From positions 1,674,001 through 1,738,000 of the forward strand of contig NC_043007.1 in the NCBI RefSeq assembly GCF_006345805.1: a stretch of DNA of 64,000 nt, given 5' to 3'. Source of the DNA: Octopus sinensis. Its lineage: Eukaryota. Position numbers and translations under genes: made by a program. Positions 22,484 to 36,560 of this stretch are shown here, in pieces (the first letter of the stretch is position 1; the number at the start of each line of letters is the position of its first letter). The notes under the pieces are model-generated. The model was given only the letters and a program-made list of their open reading frames with translations, did not search any database and had not been told where the DNA came from.

Positions 22484-24463
22484 GGTATGTAAAAGCATGT
22501 GGTCGGATGTATAAAAAACAAAATAGATTGAAAAGACTACAGAAGATTTGTATTATATGATTAAAGAATATATTCGAATAGTCATGTTAGGAAAATGTAA
22601 AAATTTGTGTGTAGTGACATTGTTTTTGGAGACAGAAGTTGATATCTTACAATAGAGGATATATATATATGGCTACTTTGCATTGTATAAGGGTGGGCAT
22701 AGTTGGAAAGAGAGGTGAAGATGGTGGTATGTGTCAGGGGTGTTATCTTAGCCCTTCTACAATAGGCCTGACATTTTGGTGGACTGGATCTAGTTAATTA
22801 CATTGACCCCTATGTTCAACTGGTACTTATATTATCAACCCTGAGAGGATAAGAACAAAGTCGACCTCAGTGGAATTTGAACTCCGAATGTCATGGTGGA
22901 AGAAATACTGGTAAAGACTTGTCCAACTTGGTACCGGTTCTGCCACTTTACCACCTTAGAGGGTTATCTTATTTAAAATATTGTCAAATAATCTAATTGC
23001 AACATTGACAGCTGAATTTGTCCATTGAATTATGATTATTCTTAATCTTATGAAATCAAACTAAAGGAACGATTTTGCCATCTGTGTGCATGTCACCAAT
23101 TGTAGATGTCATGCCAAAAGCTATTTCAACCTTTTCAGATTAATATCTCAATTTCATGTAATATGATAGTCTTGTCTTTAACAGCCCTGTCTGTATATGT
23201 CTTTGATATCTAGAATTGCGTGCTACCCGTGTGTGAATGGCATCAAGCGTTGCTCCTCTTTTTTTCCTTTTTACTTTTGAGCATAGATATCATTCATCAC
23301 CATTTGTTCTTTAGCCTAAGAGCTCAAACTTGCACACAGATTTTTAATTTAATTTTAACAAACAGAATTATACTCTGCATTTGTTTTGTATGGGTTTTCC
23401 AATCTTATAAGTTAGATTGCATTTAATTTCTCTAGATGGAGCCACAAGTACCTCTCAACTGACAGGGTTATTTTTTTCTTTTCTTTCTTTCTTTCTTTCT
23501 TTTTATTTTTTGAATTCTGAAAAGTAAGGAATATAACTGATGCTTATAATTAATCAGAAGATAAACTCTATTAAGTTTCTTTAACTTTCTTCGACAAGCA
23601 AACTTTACGAAATAACTTGTCTTCTTTTAGGAAAAAAAACAAAACTACATATCAAAACAACAAAAATCAAATGCATTTAAAAGAAAAAAATGTTTAAGAG
23701 AAGTATATTATATTAATAAGAGTTTTTTTTTTTTAAAATTGAAGAAACTTTTGCAACTGAATTTTGGACAGTATTGTGAATTCTTTAAACTATTTGAAAG
23801 AAAGTAGTTTAATCCTCTAGTTACAGTTTATTCATTTAAAATTTAAAAAAAAGAAACTATACCTAGAGAACCTAGAATTTATGTTAGTGACAAACACATC
23901 CAGCTTTGTTGATTTAAATCAATAACCACCACAAATTATATGCCAAGAAATTGGTGAAATGTAGTCTTTGTGATAAAGAATTTCAATTTTGTCTGTGAAG
24001 AAATTTGAATGCAATACACATTAGGCTGCATGCAACTCCGGGCCTTGAGGGCAACTTGTTTTAATGACAGTAAATTATTTTGTGAAACTTTCTATCGAAA
24101 CTCCTTACATATCTTATTTTTAGTATTGGGGTTTTCATCTCACAAAATTCTTAGCTGCTTACCTTTTTTTTTATTCAAAAATTTCTTTTTTGTCGCATTT
24201 AATCAACTCGACTGCTTTAGAGATTATTCCATTCGAAACCAAACTGCAGCAAAATCTGTATGTATACTGACTCATAAATATTCTTAGAACGTATGCTTTA
24301 TGTCCAATATTCAGAAAAAAAAACATGCATGGCCAAGAAACTTAGATATCTTTAAAATAGACAGTCTTTCATGATGAATTACCATATTTGATGGCCTGTT
24401 ACACACACCATTTTTTACCCAAAATGGCTTTAAAAATCTACCTGCATCCACTGCACTCAATAT

Positions 24464-24726
24464 AGGTTCTAAACTCAGTGTAGCCTCAAAACTCAGTGCA
24501 GGTTCAAAATGCAATGTCGGTTCAAAATTCAATGCAAGCTCAAAACTCAGTGAAGGTTCAAAGCTCAATGTACGCTCTAAACTCAATGCAGATTCAAAAC
24601 TTAACACAGGTTCAAAACTCGATTGTAGGCTCAAAATTCCATGTAGACTCAAAACTCAATGCAGGCTCAAAACTCATTGCAGGCTAAAAAATCAGTGCAG
24701 GCTCAAAACTCAGTGTAGGCTCAAAG
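24464..24726. repeat. 18-bp minisatellite, consensus GGCTCAAAACTCAGTGCA, about 14.5 units
   Basis: Clear 18-nt period with one 19-nt unit, ending in CAAAG|GTAAGT. Confidence 0.9.
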
Positions 24727-26171
24727 GTAAGTGGAGGAAATAAAACATTATTTTAGTGGTAATTTATTTTACAAAAGCATAGCCTAGGTTAGGGTGCATC
24801 CTGTGCACTTGTGCATCTTATAGGCCATCAAATATAGTAAGTGTTTTAATACCTGATACAAGTAGTTTATGTTTGTATTATTAGCTCATCAGGCACAACA
24901 AGGCAGAATTGTTGAAGATATGGATACTGAGGCTCAGTTAATTAGTATCCTGTCTTACATTTTCATTTGATCATCACTAATCGTTTCTTTGTTTATTCAT
25001 AAAAAATCTTTGGATGAAATGGTAAAATAAAAGACTTGAAAGTTCAGAGTCATCATGTTTTTCTATCATCATCATCATCATCATCGTCATCGTTTCCACT
25101 TTGCTTCCACTTTCTATGTTGGTATAGGTTGGACAGGTGATCAAGTTCCAAGCAAATTCTTATAAAGGGTTACTTCATTCTCACATGGTTCAGCCAACCA
25201 CTTCTTCTTGTGCTTGATGCCCTTCTTAATATCAATCACTTTACAGAGTGTATTATCTTGATACCATTAATATAAGACTATCATCTCCTTCATTTTAAGT
25301 CTCCCCTTCTTCACCAACCATTTTACAGGGTCTTCCTTGTTATTAGATGTTTATCACTTTATAGAATTATGGCATTGGACTGGTTTGGATCTAATATTTC
25401 TAAATGTATTTTTTAGTCTCAAAAGGTGTGGAGGAGCACTGCTAAGATCATTCTGTAGGGTCTCTGGAAATAGTAGGAGGAATGAAAGTGGGAGGACCCC
25501 ACAATTTTTAGGGTTCAGCTGTAGGGAGAACTATGCCAGTGGTCTGAGTTGCTTTTGACTGAACACTTCCCCTGAATGTTTGCAACGGTGTCGACTCAGT
25601 TAAAGGTAACCTCTACTAACCCGAGGAGGTGGGTTGAGTTTGTCAACAAAGGGGGTCTACCAGCCATGATATAATGTCTGGTCGTTGAGGGTAAATGTCA
25701 CTTTGGTTGGAAACGTGAGAATTGGCAAGGGACTGAGCATCCTGCCAAAGAACAATTTTACTTCAATAAACTTCACCCTAACCATGCAAGCACCAGAAGG
25801 TGAACATCAAAAAAATCAATGTTCATGATAGCGTTTACGATTCAGATATCATCTCTCCTGATATTCTATTTGATTTATGTTAATGGTTGCCTCTTGATGT
25901 GAGAGAAGCAGTTCTGCGACATTTTACCGAAGAACCTGCTCAAATGATTTATTTCTAATGATGAAATGCATGCGCTGCACAGAAGCTCCCTCCCTCCACC
26001 TGATTGATTGTACAAGCCTCTGGTGTGCTACATGTCAGATGTGAAAGCAATTACAGAGCAACATGTAACAATGTGACTCAAGAGAGCAAAATGCACCACA
26101 CGACCTGAGAATTGAACCCACCATCTCACAATTGTGAGTGCAGCACCCTGACCACAAGGCCACACACCAAT

Positions 26172-26374
26172 ATACTCTTTTTACTCTCTCTCTTTTGTTT
26201 CAGCCGTGTGACTGTGGCCATGTTGGAGCACTGCCTTTAATCGAGCAAACTGACCCCAGGACTTATTCTTTGTAAGCCTGTCAGTCTCTTTTGCCGAACC
26301 GCTAAGTTACGGGGACGTAAACACACCACCATCGGTTGTCAAGCGATGTTGGGGGAACAAACACAGACACACAA

Positions 26375-26423
<49 letters not shown>

Positions 26424-26592
26424 TATATACGACAGACTTCTTTCAGTTTCCTTCTACCAAATCCACTCACAAGGCTTTGGTCAGCCCGAGGCTATGGTAG
26501 AAGACACTTGCCCAAGGTGCCATGCAGTGGGACTGAACCTGAAACCATGTGGTTTGTAAGCAAGCTACTTACCACACAGTCACTCCTGCGCC
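26172..26592 (-). mobile_element. SINE-B, near full length
   Basis: Head, CORE-like body, internal (CA)/(TA) tract and GGTGCTCCAACATGGCCACAG tail. Confidence 0.85.
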
Positions 26593-27263
26593 TATATAAT
26601 TAATTTAATTAAAGACTCATATAATATTTGGTTATTAGTTTTACGGCTGAACTTCATTTTAAAACAAAGTTTCGTATTCCATAATTTGACAGCAGCTTCC
26701 ACAATATCGTTTGTCATGCAATATTATAATTTTATCACCCAGACATTCTAAATTAAAAAACTTTTCTGACAGTAATGTAAATTATTATTATATAACTATC
26801 TCAGAATTGATCACTTCTTATGTTCATATCTATTTATTGATTTCTTCCCTTTTTTTTTTTTTACTTTTTTTCTAACATTGGACATATAAATATATTTACT
26901 TTACAAAATTTAATGTTTTACAGAATTTTGGTTTTAATAACCTGGCACGTCAAAATGTCTTTGTGAGAATGATTGCTTAAATTTCGTTGGTGCTTTCTCT
27001 AATTTTATTTGAAAGTCTTCAGTAAATCGGATTTATTTGTGAAAATGCTACAAATAAAACCGACTTCGTTTCTTTCTTTGTATCAGAACAAATGTTAACA
27101 AGCAATATTTAATTATCATTATCTTCTGAAGATTGTTGATATTCATTTTTTTATAGAAACGATTTATTACAAATTTCACACAGTGTCAATATGTATATGT
27201 ATGAGTGTGTATGCATGTATATATAAATGTATATTAATGTGTGTTTATGTGTGCGTATATATA

Positions 27264-27300
<37 letters not shown>

Positions 27301-27647
27301 TTATACACGTGTATATATATGAGTATATATATATATATATACTTATACATATATATATATATATTTATACACGTGTATATATATGAGTATATATATATAT
27401 ATATATGTATATATATAAATATATGAAAGAATGGAGTTGAACGACGAATTAACAAAATTCCTTTATTTTCGACATATGTTTCGAAGGCTGCATATTCCTA
27501 ATTGCGAAGGAATAAGGAGTATATAAGGTAGCAGGATCCCAAGGAGCAAATATTAAATTTGCTACCCAGGTATCGGTTAACCGAATTATCCATAACAAGA
27601 TAATTCATTCAACTACTCATATATGTATATATATATATATATATATA

Positions 27648-27824
27648 CACGGAGTGGTTGGCATTAGGAAGGGCATCCAGCTGTAGAAACTCTGCCAGAT
27701 CAAGATTGGAGCCTGGTGCAGCCATCTGGCTCGCCAGCTCTCAGTCAAATCGTCCAACCCATGCCAGCATGGAAAGCGGACGTTAAACGACGACGATGAT
27801 GATGATGATGATGATGATAATGAT
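27648..27824 (+). mobile_element. Family A 3' end
   Basis: Near-consensus copy with a long (GAT)n tail. Confidence 0.85.
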
Positions 27825-28337
27825 ATATACACACACACCCACATACATACATTCATACACACATACATATCTTTGTATAGATGTGTGTGTCAGTCTATCA
27901 GTGTGTGCATATTTTATTAGAATCTGAAGCTTCTTCTATCATTATTCTGAGTGTTCACTTTGTTGATTATTCAGAAATTTGAGTTCAAATTTCACTGAAG
28001 TCAGTTTTAATTTTCATCTCTTGGGGCTTCAAAAAACAAAAGTAAGTCAGAGAAGTAGATTTTACAGAATTCTAAGACCACCAAGCAGGATGCCTTGCAG
28101 TAAGTGTTCCAGCATTTTGCATTCCAAGTCTAGATCCCACAATAGTCTATCTGGGTGGCAGACTTAATCCATTGTCCAGTTGAACACCACTACTTAACAC
28201 TCTGGATCTCTTTAGAAGGGTCCAGCCTATTGCTTGCATTTGGACCAAGTTTCCAATTTCTGGATACCTTCTTCCTCCTTTCCCACAAATCTTGCTGGCT
28301 CTACAGATTATCATGGGTACTGCCCTCCACCCTGACT

Positions 28338-28374
<37 letters not shown>

Positions 28375-29631
28375 CAAAAATCAAAAGTCAAAGAGGGTGA
28401 CAGATTTTCGTAGGTCAAGTCCCTTTATCAAAGCCTTGCTATATCCTTGCAAACTTTTTAAAAAATACTATAATATTTAAAAAAAAAAATGTAACATTGC
28501 TTGGTATGACTTCAAGTTCTGTAAGTAGGAAAATATTTAAGGCTTTCTCAATTTTTGAGCTATCTTAATCAATTTAGTTGTACCTTTGATGAGGGAAATG
28601 TGACTATTTGTATTGGCTGGAATACTCGCCCAATACAAATGCATTCCTCAAAACGAGCGTAAGGTTTTGTAATCACTACCCCATTGTTGCTTCCCTTTTC
28701 TTCAATGGCCCCTTGGAACTTTCCACCCCCACCAAGAGTTGCAATACCACCCACTTTGGGAACCACTGATCTAGATGTTTATGCCTAAACATATGCATAT
28801 AGATGCATACGTGATTAGGTGTTAATACATGAGTTATATATTCCTATATGTTGGTGTGTGAGCATGTGTGTGCGTGTTTGTCTCAATCCAAATTTTATCT
28901 TGCTGTCTCTGCTACTGTTTTCTATACCATTTATCATTGTTAAATTGGAATTTTCTATGATGTAAGACAGCTCATGCAGTAGACCTTCCTTTTTATCCTT
29001 TGACATCCTGACCACAGTTGTTCTTCCTCCTTTCTTTCTGTCGTCATTTCACTGATGAAAGATAAATAATAGCTTTCCTTTCCTTAACTGCTGTATAATG
29101 TTCTCTCAAGTTTATTCACAAGTCCAACATAGCTCTGTCAACCAAATGATGTTGTCAGGGCCAGATTAAGACCCATGGGGGCCCCTAAACACTTAAAAGA
29201 CTTGGGTGCCCCCATATATACGTAATTCAAAATATAAACAATAATAAACCATAAAATGAATTTTTATTTTACAACACGAAGCAAAGTTAAGAGTAAAATG
29301 GAAAATAATGTCTATCTTTGTATACTTTCACTTTGTTTAATATTTGTAAAGCTCCCTTGCCCTGTTTCTTTTTTCGTTAATTGTAACTTCTTGGATCAGA
29401 TCCTCATTATGACACCATGGACACTTCAAATTTATATTTCCAACCATATAAACCACTTCAAATATTTTAACAAGTTTAAAGTGATTTCTTTTGTGCTGTA
29501 AACCATTTACTATTTCTGGGTAACCTTGGACTTCCTCTACAACAAGATACCTGTATCTGTCTCACTATAACTTTTTCATCATCACCTCCTCCAATGCCTC
29601 CTCCCCTCTTAAAAGTTTTTGTCTTGCAAGT

Positions 29632-29960
29632 ACTTGGTGATCCTGTCAGTGCAGGTGCCACTTAAAAGTACCCAGTCCACACTGTAAAGTTGTTGGTGTT
29701 TAGAAGGGCATTCAGCTGTAAAAACCATACCAAAACTAACCTCCCCTATGCTTGTGCCACGTAAAAAGCACTACTCACCTCACCTATGCTTGTGCCATTC
29801 TGCTGAGCAGTTGATGTTAGGAAGGGCATCCAGCTGTAAAAATCCTGCCATAACAATCACAAATCTGGTGCAGGCTTCGACTTAGTAGGCTCTTGTCATA
29901 CGTCTCATCCATGCTAGCATGGAACACAGACATTAAATGATGATGATGATGATGATGATG
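29632..29960 (+). mobile_element. Family A-related 3' end (older)
   Basis: Duplicated AAGGGCAT(T/C)CAGCTGTAAAAA motif and CCATGCTAGCATGGAA...(GAT)n. Confidence 0.7.
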
Positions 29961-30224
29961 TGCCACATTCCTTTGACGCCCTAAACACATGCATTTTGTG
30001 CTTGATGGTTAATCCAGCACTGGATGTTGGTAAATAATTATTGTCTAGATAATTATTTTCTTTTGAAGATCTGGTGTTTCAGCGTATTTATGCAATTGCC
30101 ATTGTAACAACATACTAACCTTGGCTTGTGGAATTCATGTAAAGATTATGTAATATATGATGTTATTAGGCAAACAAATTAATTCTTCAATTTTGTTTTG
30201 CTCTTATAAATATATATGTGTGTA

Positions 30225-30382
30225 ACTGTAAATACAGACACATTTATCCCCTCTCTCCATCTGCTTTCCTGCATTCTTTTCTGTAGAAGAGTGTAGGCTT
30301 GAAAAATCAAAAACTCTTCTAAACTTTGTTTCCTCACCTGTCTCTGTCTTTTGTTTAGATTTTTCTTTTGTACAATTTTGAA

Positions 30383-30383
<1 letters not shown>
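30225..30383 (+). mobile_element. Family H copy (older)
   Basis: CTTTT-CTGTAGA-AGAGTGTAGGCTT-GAAA at 30276-30304, followed by CACCTGTCTCTGTCTTTTG as in the other copies. Confidence 0.55.
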
Positions 30384-30428
<45 letters not shown>

Positions 30429-31097
30429 GCACACATAAATAAATAAAAATGTGTGTGTGTATGTTACTAACAAACCGTGTGATTGAGTACTAAATACACT
30501 GTTAGTGGATGAATGCTTTCTTTATTTGTAGATTTTAAACATTACTCTAGGTTTCTTGCATTATAGTCCCCAAGTTGCAAGTGTCCCAGTTAAAACAATA
30601 GCATTCATCTATGTCCATTTTGGATTTGGCTACCAAGTGTTGAAAATCTACACACACACACACAAATGTACACTGACATACTATCTCTTTCTCTCTCTCC
30701 CCCATGCATATATTATATCATGTTGTGAGAAACATCTAACCCTAGTTATTAACCTGTTGAAAGGAATCAGTTGTACTTTTCCTTAATTCCTACAACCACT
30801 CTGCTTTATAGCATAATTGAGTTCCATTGCGTTCTGTAAAACCTTTGGAAGAAATCCAAATAATTGCACTAAAAATGAACTTGGCCATTTCACTCCTTCA
30901 CTACATGTTATTTGCAGCTACTGGCTTCACCAGTGCCACATGTGTTTATAGCAGCCATTTGCCTATTGCTGCAAAGATTGGCATCCTGAAGTAACAGTGT
31001 CCTGAAAAAATAACATCTATGTCTGGAAATTAGCTATATTCTTGTGAGCATGGAAAACTGGTATTAAATAATGATGATGATGATGATGATGATGACT

Positions 31098-31144
<47 letters not shown>

Positions 31145-31224
31145 ATCTATGTGCATTGTTTGGCCTGTTCCTGATGTTTGATTCTGTTGTACCTTTTTCA
31201 TACTGACCTATGTCGTTACTTTAA

Positions 31225-31540
31225 GTGGCACCTTGGTCAAGTCTTTTCTACTATAGCCTCGGGCTGACCAAAACCTTCTGATTGGATTTGGTTGATGGAA
31301 ACTGAAAGAAGCCTGTCGTATATATCTCTGTGTGTATGTGTGTGTTTGTCTCCACCATCGCTTGACAACCGATGCTGGTTGTGTTTATTTCCCCGTAACA
31401 TAGCAGTTTGGCAAAAGAGACCGATACAAAAAGTACTAGGCTTACAAAGAATAAGTCCTGGGATCGATTTGTACGACTAGAGGAGGTGCTCCAGCATGGT
31501 TGCAGTCAAATGACTGAAACAATCAAGAGAATAAAAGAAT
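31225..31540 (+). mobile_element. SINE-B, 5'-truncated
   Basis: GTGGCACCTTGGTCAAG...GGTGCTCCAGCATGGTTGCAGTCAAATGACTGAAAC. Confidence 0.85.
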
Positions 31541-31689
31541 TTTAACTTTGCCTCTTATGTAGTTATTGAGGTCCCTTGTGAGAATCTTTGACCTCAGTCA
31601 CGAACTCAAGGAAGTGCATTGAATTCCAATGGTATGTGTCCTAAAGACTACATCATCAACATTATCATAATCACCATCATCAACAACAA

Positions 31690-32090
31690 CATCATGGTGC
31701 ACATTTTACCCCATTCCTGTATTGGTTGTGCTGTTCTGCTCCATTTCAAAGTCTTGCTACTTCTGTCAATTATGAGTCATCTCCTTAAGGAGTTCCTGTT
31801 TCTTGGAGATCAGTGTTCACCTCTTCTGCCAGCTTTTCTACTTTTACGGATGCCTACCACTTTGATGGTTACATATTTGTTGAAACACATGTCGTATGTC
31901 CATAGCAGAAAACAAACGTCTGTTTGCTTGTTTCATCTGGTTATTCTTCATCTTATTTTTGCACTCAACTCGTATTGTGTTGTTCGTATATGCTAGCATT
32001 ATCCATCCTGCAGAACATGCTTGCATCATTTCTTTTGAGCTTTTGAAGAATTTCTACCTTCAAAATCCATACAGCAAAGTACTTCATACA
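31690..32090 (-). mobile_element. Degenerate RTE-type LINE 3' fragment
   Basis: Frameshifted QTFVFCYGH- and GIRK-like C-terminal motifs, ending in a GATG-repeat tail. Confidence 0.55.
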
Positions 32091-32371
32091 TAATTAAAGT
32101 CCAATCTGCCATTTAGCATGAGAGAAAAACCTTTTATTTAAACGGGTCACATTGCAATGCGTAAGGGGATAGACAGGGGATGAAAAGGGTAACCAAAAGA
32201 GACAGGACTGCTATATATGGTGCAAGAGACTCAATGCTATACATATACGGGGGAGGTGACCATAGCGGTCAGAAATGGTGATTGTATGAAGAGAGAATAA
32301 AGGAGGGGGCTGAGTAAAGTAAGAAGTACCGTGATATGGTCAGGTCAGAAAGTTGAATAGAAAATGGTGTT

Positions 32372-32640
32372 AGAAAATTACTATTTATGAATCTCACAAC
32401 AAGAGATATTCAGCAACAGGACTTTGGAGTAAAGATTATTTGCCAGCATAACATGGCAGTCCTGGTTTAGGGCAAATGTTGCTGTAATTTAGCCTCAGGA
32501 GACATCATCTCCAGCTGGCTATATGACACAATCTGTGTTGTCCTTATATTTTTGAACAAGGGAATGTAGCACCCCCACTCAGCTCAAAACAACGTCTGTG
32601 TATCGCGGTTTCTGGGTTATTTCTCTTCATTAGTGTGTAG
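32372..32640 (-). mobile_element. Family F copy 2 (no inverted arm)
   Basis: Matches 18688-18940. Confidence 0.8.
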
Positions 32641-33504
32641 CCTGAAGGGATTGCAATAAATTGTGTCATAGTATTAAAACCTAAGTGATGCTTAGTGATG
32701 GAGGTGTGAGTAGAGCGATCCACCACGGTGCTAAACTAATTTATGACTGTATTGTACAGCACCCAAGTATGCTGTTAATTAGGGAAGGAAGCTAGATATG
32801 TCTTCTCTGAGCAGTGATCAATACACTGTGAAATGGTCCATCGGAAGATTCCTTCTCTCTTTTGCCTGCACATCAGCAGTATAGAAATAATGTGTTTACA
32901 TTCTTATTTTACCCACAGTATGGCTTTGTAATGTTTAAATATATATGTCTGAGTGTGTATGCTTGTTAGACAGTAAAATTTCGATTCTTATATCAACATA
33001 GAAAAGCAACTTCCGTTCTCTGATAAAAGACAGACAATGGAAGATTATAAACATATGAACAGAAACGAACACACAGACATACGTATGAATGCAAACACAC
33101 ATGCATGCATCCACACTCATGCACACAAGACTTACGCCAGATGCGCACACATATGTGTACAGCGTTTTGTGAATGTACGCTATTTTAGTTTGCAACTGAA
33201 AATGAAGTATGCTCTGAATGCAGTAAATGGAAAAAAAGCATTCTATATGTGTGTATAGATGTATATATGAGTCTGTGAATATTTGGATACATACAAATAT
33301 AGAGGTGTGTGCAAAAATATGTATCTTTCATTTTTAATGTAAACTTGTGTGTGTTCTATGTATACTCTTTGTGCCACAAGACTAACATATACTTATTTCC
33401 CCCCTGCTTAATTCAGTCATCTGGTTATTGTTATCAAAATGGCTGTGTTTCCAAAGTGATCACAGTAAATGGCATTCACCACGTGTATGCATATTGACTA
33501 TTGT

Positions 33505-33722
33505 TCTTTTCTACTCTAGGCCCAAGGCCCGACATTTTTGGGGTGGGGTGGGGGCAGTCGATTAGATTGACCTCAATACACAACTGGTACTTAATTTATT
33601 GACCCCGAAAGAATGAAAGGCGAAGTCAACATCAGCAGAATTTGAACTCATAACGTAAAAACAGACGAATTTCTGCTAAGCATTTCACCCATCGTGCTAA
33701 CGTTTCTGCCAGCTCGCCGCCT
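33505..33722 (-). mobile_element. SINE-E
   Basis: Reverse complement of the family E consensus. Confidence 0.8.
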
Positions 33723-33970
33723 TATACTGACCATCATTTACAAGCCTTGCTTTGTCATGTGCTACATGGTGCCACACATACCTGCATGTATAATTGTGTA
33801 TTCATGCACATGTTTACACATACACATACTTGTGTACTGAGTCTCTATACAGTTGCTTTATCTTTTAGAAATAGGAGCTAAATCTCTGTCCACCTTAAAT
33901 AATGAAGGCTGCTTCAAACAACCCTTGTCCTTGATAAGGGACTTGCTATAGATATATATATATATATATA

Positions 33971-34168
33971 TTCTCTTTTACTCTTTCACTTGTTTCAGTC
34001 ATTTGATTGCAGCCATGAAGAAATTGACTCTTGGGCTTATTCTTTGTAAGCCCAGTGCTTATTCTATCAGTCTTTTTTGCCAAACCACTAAGTTACGGTG
34101 ACGTGAATACACCTACTTCGGTTGTCAAACGATGGTGGGGGACAAACACAGACACACAACGCATATTA

Positions 34169-34207
<39 letters not shown>

Positions 34208-34394
34208 TATTAGATATATATGTACATACATACACAACGATGGGCTTCTTTCAGTTTCGATCTACCAGATTCACTCACAAGGCTTTGGTTGGCCTGAAGC
34301 TATAGTAGAAGACACTTGCCGAAGGTGCCACACAGTGGGGCTGAACCTGGAACCATGTGGTTGAGAAGCAAGCTTCTTACCATGCAGCCATGCC
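33971..34394 (-). mobile_element. SINE-B, near full length
   Basis: Consensus head and tail on the minus strand. Confidence 0.85.
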
Positions 34395-34407
34395 TATGCC
34401 TATATGT

Positions 34408-34443
<36 letters not shown>

Positions 34444-34444
34444 C

Positions 34445-34637
34445 ATAACCATCATCATTTAACTTCTGTTTTCCATACAGGCATGAGTTGGACGGTTTGA
34501 CAGGTGGTGGCCAGCAGGAGAGCTGCCCTGGTTCGAATTGTCTGTTTTGCTATGGTTCCTACAGCTGGATGCTCTTCCTAATGCCAACCACTTTTACGGG
34601 GTGTGCTGGGTGCTTTTTATGTGCCACTGGCATGGGT
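34445..34637 (-). mobile_element. Family A 3' end (diverged)
   Basis: CATTTAACTTCTGTTTTCCATACAGGCATG...GGATGCTCTTCCTAATGCCAACC. Confidence 0.7.
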
Positions 34638-34829
34638 GCAATATCTACGCATACACACACACATGCACACACATTCCAACACATACATGCATGCAAACAT
34701 GGAGTTGTGGATGTTAAAACAATAACGATAAGAAATTATATGGTCACTTTGTAGAATGTTGTCCTAGATCTCCAAAACATCATATATTTAGAGCTGGATT
34801 CTCCTTGACCATAGGAGCTCTTCACTTAA

Positions 34830-35050
34830 CCCTTTCATTACTGCATTTATTTTGAGATGCTCTGCTTTTCTTGCAATTATTTTAAATATAACAAAGAATT
34901 TAGTAAAATAACTTAGTTGTCATGAAGCTAGTGTTAGGAACATAAATTGTGACTAAGGTTTGGTGGAAGATCTTAATTCAGAACTTTTGAAAACAAGACA
35001 TTTGTACTACAGAGCCAGAGGCAGTTTCAGTCAGGTTGGTAACGAAAGGG
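34830..35050. mobile_element. piggyBac-type MITE
   Basis: TTAA|CCCTTTCATTAC ... GTAACGAAAGGG|TTAA. Partial copy at about 54890-54982, related fragments at about 9233-9330, 10778-10875 and 18212-18330. Confidence 0.85.
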
Positions 35051-35369
35051 TTAAAGCTGAGCTGATGCTCAACTACAATGTGAGCAGTGTCAGATGACTC
35101 ACACATGCACATGTAGGCACTCATGTGCACACACACATACACACACCACTGCATTTGAGCAGACATGGCTGTGTGGACAGGAGCAGCGATAACAGTGCAC
35201 TCAAGAAGCTTGCTCTTCCACCACATGGTTCCAATTTCAGTGCCACAGTATAAAACCTTGGGCAAGTATTCCATATTATAAAGCACTCATTGTTTATCTA
35301 GATGCTCATAACCTCTCTGTCTCTGTCTGTCTGTCTGTCGTATCTCTCTCTCTCTCTTCTCTCTCTCTC

Positions 35370-35415
<46 letters not shown>

Positions 35416-35565
35416 TTATATAATATATAATAATAATACCTTACTATACGAGGACCTGCTTTACTAACCCTGGGTTTATGAGTTTTATTTTTCTGTTCAC
35501 CTTTCTATGGTGAGATGAAATTTTTCAAGCACAAGATCTAAATTTTGAATGAAGCACAAAAGTTT

Positions 35566-35965
35566 CTTTGCTTACCAACCACATGGTTCTGGGTCTAGTC
35601 CCACTGTGTGACACCTTGGGCAAGTGTCTTCTACTATAGCCTTGGGCCGACCAAAGCCTTGTGAGTGGTTTTAGTAGTCAGAAACTGAAAGAAGCCCATT
35701 GTATGTGTGTGTGTGTGTGTGCGCACGTGTGCATGTGTGTGTGTGTGTGTGTGTGTTTGCATGTGTGTGTGTGTTTGTCCCCCCCAACATTGCTTGACAA
35801 CTGATGCTGGTGTGTTTACGTCCCTGTAACTTAGTGGTTTGGCAAAAAGCAACCAATAGAATAAGTACTAGGCTTACAAAGAATAAGTTCTGGGGTTGAT
35901 TTGCTCGACTAAAGGTGGTGCTCCAGCATGGCTGCAGTCAAATGACTGAAACAAATAAAAGAATA
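35566..35965 (+). mobile_element. SINE-B
   Basis: Consensus body, (TG)n insert and tail. Confidence 0.85.
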
Positions 35966-36485
35966 CCATAACAAATACTTCTGTGTTACTGAGACGTTTA
36001 TAGAGAGCCAAAAAAAGCATCTTCTAAGCCAACAACTCTCGACTTGTTTTTTTAAAAAGAAATCTACAAGTCTCTCTATAAGTGCTTGTGAATCAGCAAT
36101 TATGTCTCCAAGAGTTGGTGTGCACAAGTCTAGTGTGAGTGAAAGAGTTTCAGGAAATGATTATAGTAGTAATATTTTTTATTATAAATAATCTTGACAT
36201 TCTTTTTACTCTACATAAAATATTCTTTAAGTTCTGCTGTTGTTTTATTGACATTTATAATTATTATAAATTTATTGGTAAAATATTTTTCTGGGAACGA
36301 ATTACCATTTATAACATTGCTACTATGGGAAATTATTGTTCTGCTTTATGAGTTTTCACTTTCCAAACGGTCTCCGGGAAGAAATTAACTCATATATCAA
36401 GGCATTACTGTATATATGATATATATATATATATAGATATATATATATAATACTATCTTACATATACATATATATTTATTATACA

Positions 36486-36525
<40 letters not shown>

Positions 36526-36560
36526 GTAAAAGTAATATGTGACAAGAATTATTCAGTAGC

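Noticed and set aside
23075-23140. LPSVCMSPIVDV resembling MON2 LPTMPCTCLQIVVDV
   Set aside because: Weak similarity, bounded by stops, without suitable splice sites.
24464-24726. CRISPR-like regular array
   Set aside because: Units are contiguous with no unique spacers, there are no cas genes, and the context is eukaryotic.
29157-29215. hAT-like left terminus CAGGGCCAGATTAAG...GGGGCCCC
   Set aside because: No matching right TIR or TSD found, so element limits cannot be supported.
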